A stretch of DNA of 53,669 nucleotides, from contig JBBQEB010000005.1 of the NCBI GenBank assembly GCA_038320275.1, forward strand, positions 1 to 53,669. Direction: 5' to 3'. Origin of the DNA: Myxococcales bacterium (lineage in GTDB: Bacteria > Myxococcota > Myxococcia > Myxococcales > Anaeromyxobacteraceae). The notes beneath the pieces were generated by a model that was not told where the DNA came from, ran no database searches, and worked only from the letters and a program-made list of their open reading frames with translations. Positions 49,511 through 53,669 of the stretch are shown in pieces (position 1 is the first letter of the stretch; each line of letters opens with the position of its first letter). A program made the position numbers and the translations under genes.

Positions 49511-50401
49511 TCAGCCGCGCTCGGTGAGCACGACCCCGGCCAGCACCATCGCGCCTCCCGCGAGGAAGGAGCCGGTGAGCTGCTCCCCGTACAGGGCCCA
49601 GGCGAGCAGCGCCGTCAGCACCGGTTGAAGGTTCGACCAGATGGCCACCCGGCTCGCCTCGGTCCGCTCGAGTGCCCAGAAGTAGATGAGATAGGAGGCG
49701 ACGCTGGTCGCGAGGACGAGGTAGGCGACCGCGAGCCAGCCCGTGCGCGAGAGCGCCTGGAAGTGCTCGGCGCGGGAGAGGACGAGGCCGATGGGAAGGT
49801 ACTCCAGGGTTCCCAGGCCGAGCGTGATCCCGGTGGCCGCGAGGCCGCCGTAGCGCTGCGCGTACACCTTGCCGCCCACGGCGTACACCGCCCAGGCGAC
49901 CACCGCCGCCAGGATGAGGAGGTCTCCGCGGAGGATTGCTTGTCGCTCCCCGGCGGGGAGCGCGATGGCCCCGCGCCCGAGGAGCACCACCAGCACCCCC
50001 GCGAATGCGAGCGCGATGCCGGCGAGCTTGAGCGCGGTGGCGCGCTCGCCGAGTCGCAGCCGGGCCAGCAGGAACACGAAGATAGGTGTGAGGGCGTACA
50101 GGAGCGCGGCGTGGCCAGCCGTCGAGCTGGCCAGGCCGGCCAGGAAGAGCCCCTGGTTGAGGGGCAGCGCCACGAACCCCAGCGCGGCCATGGCCCACAG
50201 GTCGCCCCGCGTCACGCGCGGGCGTTCGCGCAGGAGGAGCACCGCGTAGATCGCGCTCGACAGGACGAAGCGCACCAGCGCCAGCTCGAAGGCGGAGAGC
50301 TCGCCCAGCGCCCTCTTCGCCGCGACGTAGGTGCCGGCGGAGAGGACGGAGTGGACGAACATGGCGAACGCCACCGCGGCGCCGGGGGATCGCTCCTTCA
50401 T
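49511..50401 (-). CDS. DMT/EamA family transporter
   Basis: About 10 TM helices in two EamA repeats. Confidence 0.9.
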   Translation of the reverse strand: MKERSPGAAVAFAMFVHSVLSAGTYVAAKRALGELSAFELALVRFVLSSAIYAVLLLRERPRVTRGDLWAMAALGFVALPLNQGLFLAGLASSTAGHAALLYALTPIFVFLLARLRLGERATALKLAGIALAFAGVLVVLLGRGAIALPAGERQAILRGDLLILAAVVAWAVYAVGGKVYAQRYGGLAATGITLGLGTLEYLPIGLVLSRAEHFQALSRTGWLAVAYLVLATSVASYLIYFWALERTEASRVAIWSNLQPVLTALLAWALYGEQLTGSFLAGGAMVLAGVVLTERG

Positions 50402-51435
50402 CCGCGCCCGTGCTCCAGCCGGTCCACCGCCCAGCGCACCGCCTCGCGAACGCCAGGGTGCTCGCTCGCGGCGAGCGCGCGGAGGGCGGGCAGGCGGCGC
50501 CGGTCACCCGCCTGGCCGGCCGCCATCGCCGCGTTCCTGAGCAGGCCGTCGTGCCGGGCACGCGCGAGGGAGGTGCCCCAGAATCGCCGCTGATACTCGG
50601 GGAGCGTGAGCGCGAGCGCGGCGTCGAGATCGAGAGCGCGCTGATCGCTGCGCGGGCGCAGCTCCGGGTCGCAGCGCGCCTCGGCCCCCGCATTCCATGG
50701 GCAGCAGGTCTGGCAATCGTCGCAGCCGAAGGCCCAGGGCCCGAGCCGCTCGGCGATGGCGTCCGGCACCGCCCCGCGCCGCTCGACCGTCTGGAAGGAG
50801 ATGCAGCGGCGCGCATCGACGAAGCCGGGCGAAGGGATGGCGCCGGTGGGGCAGGCGGGAATGCACGCCGAGCAGGACCCGCAGCGGTCCGGGTGGGGAG
50901 CGTCCGGCTCGAGCTCGCGATCGACGAGGACGGTGGCGAGCAGCACCCAGCTGCCCAGGCTGGTGGTGACGAGGCACCCGTTCTTGCCCACCCAGCCGAT
51001 CCCCGCGAGCTGGGCCCAGGCCTTCTCCATCACTGGAGCCACGTCACAGCTCGCGAAGGTCCGCACCTCGGGGTCGCGCGCGCGAAGCCGCTCCACGAGG
51101 TCCCGCAGCTTTCGCTTGAGGACGGCGTGGTAGTCGCGTCCCCGCGCGTAGCGGGCGATGCGGCCGGCGCCGGGCTCGGGCAGGTCCGCGGAGGACAGGT
51201 CGAGGTAGGACACCGCCAGCGCCACCACGCTCCGGGCGGCGGGCAGGAGCCGCCTGGGGTCGAGCCGCTCCGCGCGCTGGGTGCCGAGCCAGACCATGTC
51301 CGCCTCGGCCCCCGCGGCGAGGACGCGGTCGAGCGGCCCGGGATCGAGCGGCCCCGCGCAGGCGATGCCCACCCGGTGAAACCCGGCCTCGCGGGCCGCC
51401 TCCTTCACCGAGGCGCTGTCGAGGGCAGGCGCCAC
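50398..51435 (-). CDS. queG: Epoxyqueuosine reductase
   Basis: YARGRDYH, EKAWA, GKNG, CGSCSACIPACPTGA, GCDDCQTCCPWN. Confidence 0.93.
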   Translation of the reverse strand: MAPALDSASVKEAAREAGFHRVGIACAGPLDPGPLDRVLAAGAEADMVWLGTQRAERLDPRRLLPAARSVVALAVSYLDLSSADLPEPGAGRIARYARGRDYHAVLKRKLRDLVERLRARDPEVRTFASCDVAPVMEKAWAQLAGIGWVGKNGCLVTTSLGSWVLLATVLVDRELEPDAPHPDRCGSCSACIPACPTGAIPSPGFVDARRCISFQTVERRGAVPDAIAERLGPWAFGCDDCQTCCPWNAGAEARCDPELRPRSDQRALDLDAALALTLPEYQRRFWGTSLARARHDGLLRNAAMAAGQAGDRRRLPALRALAASEHPGVREAVRWAVDRLEHGRG

Positions 51436-51438
51436 GGC

Positions 51439-52383
51439 TCAGCGGCTGGGCGCCGGGCGCGGGGCGGGAGGGACCACCCGCCGCACCAGTGCTCCGGCCA
51501 TCCATCCGGCGAGCGCGCCCGAGATGGCGCCCAGCACGACGCCGCCCACCGCAGGCCCGACCGCCGAGGCGGGCGTGGCGTTGAAGGCCACGAGGAGCCC
51601 GAACGCGAGCGCCATGCCCGCCGGAACCGCGAGGTCGTTCCGGAGCCCGAGCCTGGCCTCGGCGACGCAGGCGAGGAAGAGCGCGATCCCCGCGGCGAGC
51701 CAGGGGCCCCACGGGAAGGGCAGCGGATCGCGATAGGCCGCGACGTGGAGCGGGCTCGCGAGCTGTCCGCCCACCCGCTCGAGCCGCAGCGCACGCGCGC
51801 CGTCGTCCAGTGTCACCGGGTAGAAGTCGGCGGTGTGGTCGTGCGCGACGCGCACGCGGGTGCCCCGCCCCACCCGCGCCGAGCCGTAGGTGCGCTCGAG
51901 CTTCCCCTCCACCGGGGCGCGCCCGCCACCCAGCGTGAAGCCCACCGTGGGCTCGCCGCGCTCCGGCAGCTTGCCCGAGACGAGGAGCCGCAGCCGGCCC
52001 GACGCGCCGCCGGGCACGGGCACCTCCTCGCCCACCGCCGCGACGTCGCCGGCGAAGAGCGGCTCGCCGGGCCGCACCGAGCGCAGCGCCGGGAGCAGGA
52101 CCGCGAGGAGCGTGGCCGCAGCGGCCGCGGCGGCGAGCGCCCGCGAGCCGCCGTCGCGCCGCGCATCGACCGCCGTCCGAAGGATGAAGAGCGCTGCACC
52201 CAGCCCCACCGCGAGCACGAGGAGGCTGGCGGTGGTCACCTCGCTCGCGAGTCCCGCCAGATAGGCGATCGCCACCGCGACCAGCAGGGCGAGCGCCGCG
52301 ACCGGGAGGGTCCAGCCGGAGAGAGCCTCCTCGAGCCACGCCGCGCGGGCGTGAGCGGACGTGGAGGGGAGGCTGTCAGCCAT
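51439..52383 (-). CDS. Membrane protein, hypothetical
   Basis: Start MADSLPS; 3 TM, soluble domain, 3 TM. Confidence 0.75.
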   Translation of the reverse strand: MADSLPSTSAHARAAWLEEALSGWTLPVAALALLVAVAIAYLAGLASEVTTASLLVLAVGLGAALFILRTAVDARRDGGSRALAAAAAAATLLAVLLPALRSVRPGEPLFAGDVAAVGEEVPVPGGASGRLRLLVSGKLPERGEPTVGFTLGGGRAPVEGKLERTYGSARVGRGTRVRVAHDHTADFYPVTLDDGARALRLERVGGQLASPLHVAAYRDPLPFPWGPWLAAGIALFLACVAEARLGLRNDLAVPAGMALAFGLLVAFNATPASAVGPAVGGVVLGAISGALAGWMAGALVRRVVPPAPRPAPSR

Positions 52384-52503
52384 GCGAACGGACCTCGGGC
52401 AGAGTGGAGCGGCGCGGCAGCATAACCGCACGCCAGGGCCCTTTCTACTCGTGATCAGGATGATTTTTTGACGCCGATCCCGTCTCGGCCCATACCAGAC
52501 GGC

Positions 52504-53382
52504 ATGGCTCGACGTCTCGACCTCCGCGCCTGGAACGACCTCCCGGGAACCTCCGCGCGCGGCGCGAGCTGGGCCATGGTCGAGGGCGACTGCCTGGAGG
52601 CCCTGGAGTCGCTCCCGCCGCAGTCCGTGGACCTCGTCTTCGCGGACCCGCCGTATCACCTGTCCAATGGCGGCACCACCTGCCGCGGCGGACGGCGGGC
52701 CAGCGTCGACAAGGGCGCCTGGGATCGCTCCTCGGGCATCGCGGAGGACCACGCCTTCCAGGCCCGCTGGCTGACCGCCTGCCGGCGCGTGCTGAAGCCG
52801 TCCGGAACGATCTGGGTCTCGGGCACGCAACACGTCATCTTCTCGGTCGGCTACGCCATGCAGGAGCTCGGGTTCCACCTCCTCAACACGGTGACCTGGT
52901 ACAAGCCGAACGCCGCGCCCAACCTCGCCTGCCGCTTCTTCACCCATTCCACCGAGATCCTGGTCTGGGCGAGCCCGTCCCGCGGGAAGCCGCTGCCGCA
53001 CCGCTTCAATTACAAGGCGATGAAGGCCGTGAACGGCGGGAAGCAGATGCGCGACCTGTGGCAGATCGTCGACCGGCCCGAGCCCTTCGGCGAACAGGTG
53101 GTGTGGTCGCTCCCCACCCCCCCAGTGCGGGAGAAGGCGCACGGGCGCCACCCCACCCAGAAACCCCTGGCGCTCCTCGACCGCGTGCTCGCCGCGAGCG
53201 CTGGGCCCGGCGACCTGGTGCTCGATCCGTTCTGCGGCTCGGGCACCACCGGCCTCGCCGCCCTGCGCGCGGGCTGCCGCTTCCTGGGCATCGAGCGGGA
53301 GGCCTCCTACGCGTTGCTGTCGGCGCGCCGGCTGGCCGCGCTGGAGGCGCTGACCTCCGAGCTGCCGACGTCCGCCGCGTGA
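52504..53382 (+). CDS. Orphan beta-class N6/N4 DNA methyltransferase
   Basis: DPPY before HPTQKP and DPFCGSGTT; no adjacent endonuclease. Confidence 0.9.
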   Translation: MARRLDLRAWNDLPGTSARGASWAMVEGDCLEALESLPPQSVDLVFADPPYHLSNGGTTCRGGRRASVDKGAWDRSSGIAEDHAFQARWLTACRRVLKPSGTIWVSGTQHVIFSVGYAMQELGFHLLNTVTWYKPNAAPNLACRFFTHSTEILVWASPSRGKPLPHRFNYKAMKAVNGGKQMRDLWQIVDRPEPFGEQVVWSLPTPPVREKAHGRHPTQKPLALLDRVLAASAGPGDLVLDPFCGSGTTGLAALRAGCRFLGIEREASYALLSARRLAALEALTSELPTSAA

Positions 53383-53490
53383 GGCCATCGTCCCGAGCCG
53401 TGGCGCGGTCCGGCCGCGGGGGATAACTCTCCGGCGCGTGCCCGCGCACCACCCCCTCTCCGCCCACCCCGCGCGCGCCTCGGAGATCGA

Positions 53491-53669
53491 ATGAGCGCGC
53501 TCCTCGTTTCGCTCGCGCTCGGCGCGGCGCTCTCCGCGGGCGACCTCGCCCCGGCCGCCAACGCCTTCGCGGTCGCGCATCCGCAGGCGCGGCTGGTGCG
53601 GGCTCCGGGCGGCGGCCTGGAGCACGCCTCCGGGCTCGCGGTGGCGCGTGCCGCGCCGGACGACGAGGA
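53491..53669 (+). CDS. Secreted protein N-terminus (partial)
   Basis: GGAG RBS, signal peptide MSALLVSLALGAALSAG; open to window end. Confidence 0.6.
   Translation, partial: MSALLVSLALGAALSAGDLAPAANAFAVAHPQARLVRAPGGGLEHASGLAVARAAPDDE

Overview
Very GC-rich bacterial DNA. Gene content (sigma54 activator, HDOD protein, Cys-rich lipoproteins, bacterial topoisomerase VI, REP-like repeats) suggests Anaeromyxobacter-like Myxococcota; this is an inference. 1-9 kb: accessory region with decayed genes, lipoproteins and a Zn alcohol dehydrogenase. About 9.0-21.5 kb: a coherent sulfur-oxyanion/polysulfide island. It holds thioredoxin, a small Cys-rich protein, a candidate tiny membrane selenoprotein and a FadL-type outer-membrane channel. 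It also holds an operon of octaheme tetrathionate-reductase-family cytochrome, 7-heme c/cytochrome b fusion and two YeeE/YedE proteins (one fused to a Cys-less rhodanese domain and a SoxY-like GGCG tail), plus a divergent sigma54 activator and a CoA-persulfide reductase-rhodanese/rhodanese pair. Two near-identical sigma54 promoters link the island. 21.5-53.7 kb: mostly housekeeping genes (ClC, PlsC, DUF72, DUF1015, HtpX, YgfZ, EamA, QueG). It also has an atypical PIN-toxin pair, archaeal-type top6B/top6A followed by a 42-aa basic peptide, a selenocysteine peroxiredoxin (in-frame TGA plus SECIS-like hairpin, missed by the ORF track) and an orphan DNA methyltransferase. No rRNA, tRNA, CRISPR array or transposase was recognised.
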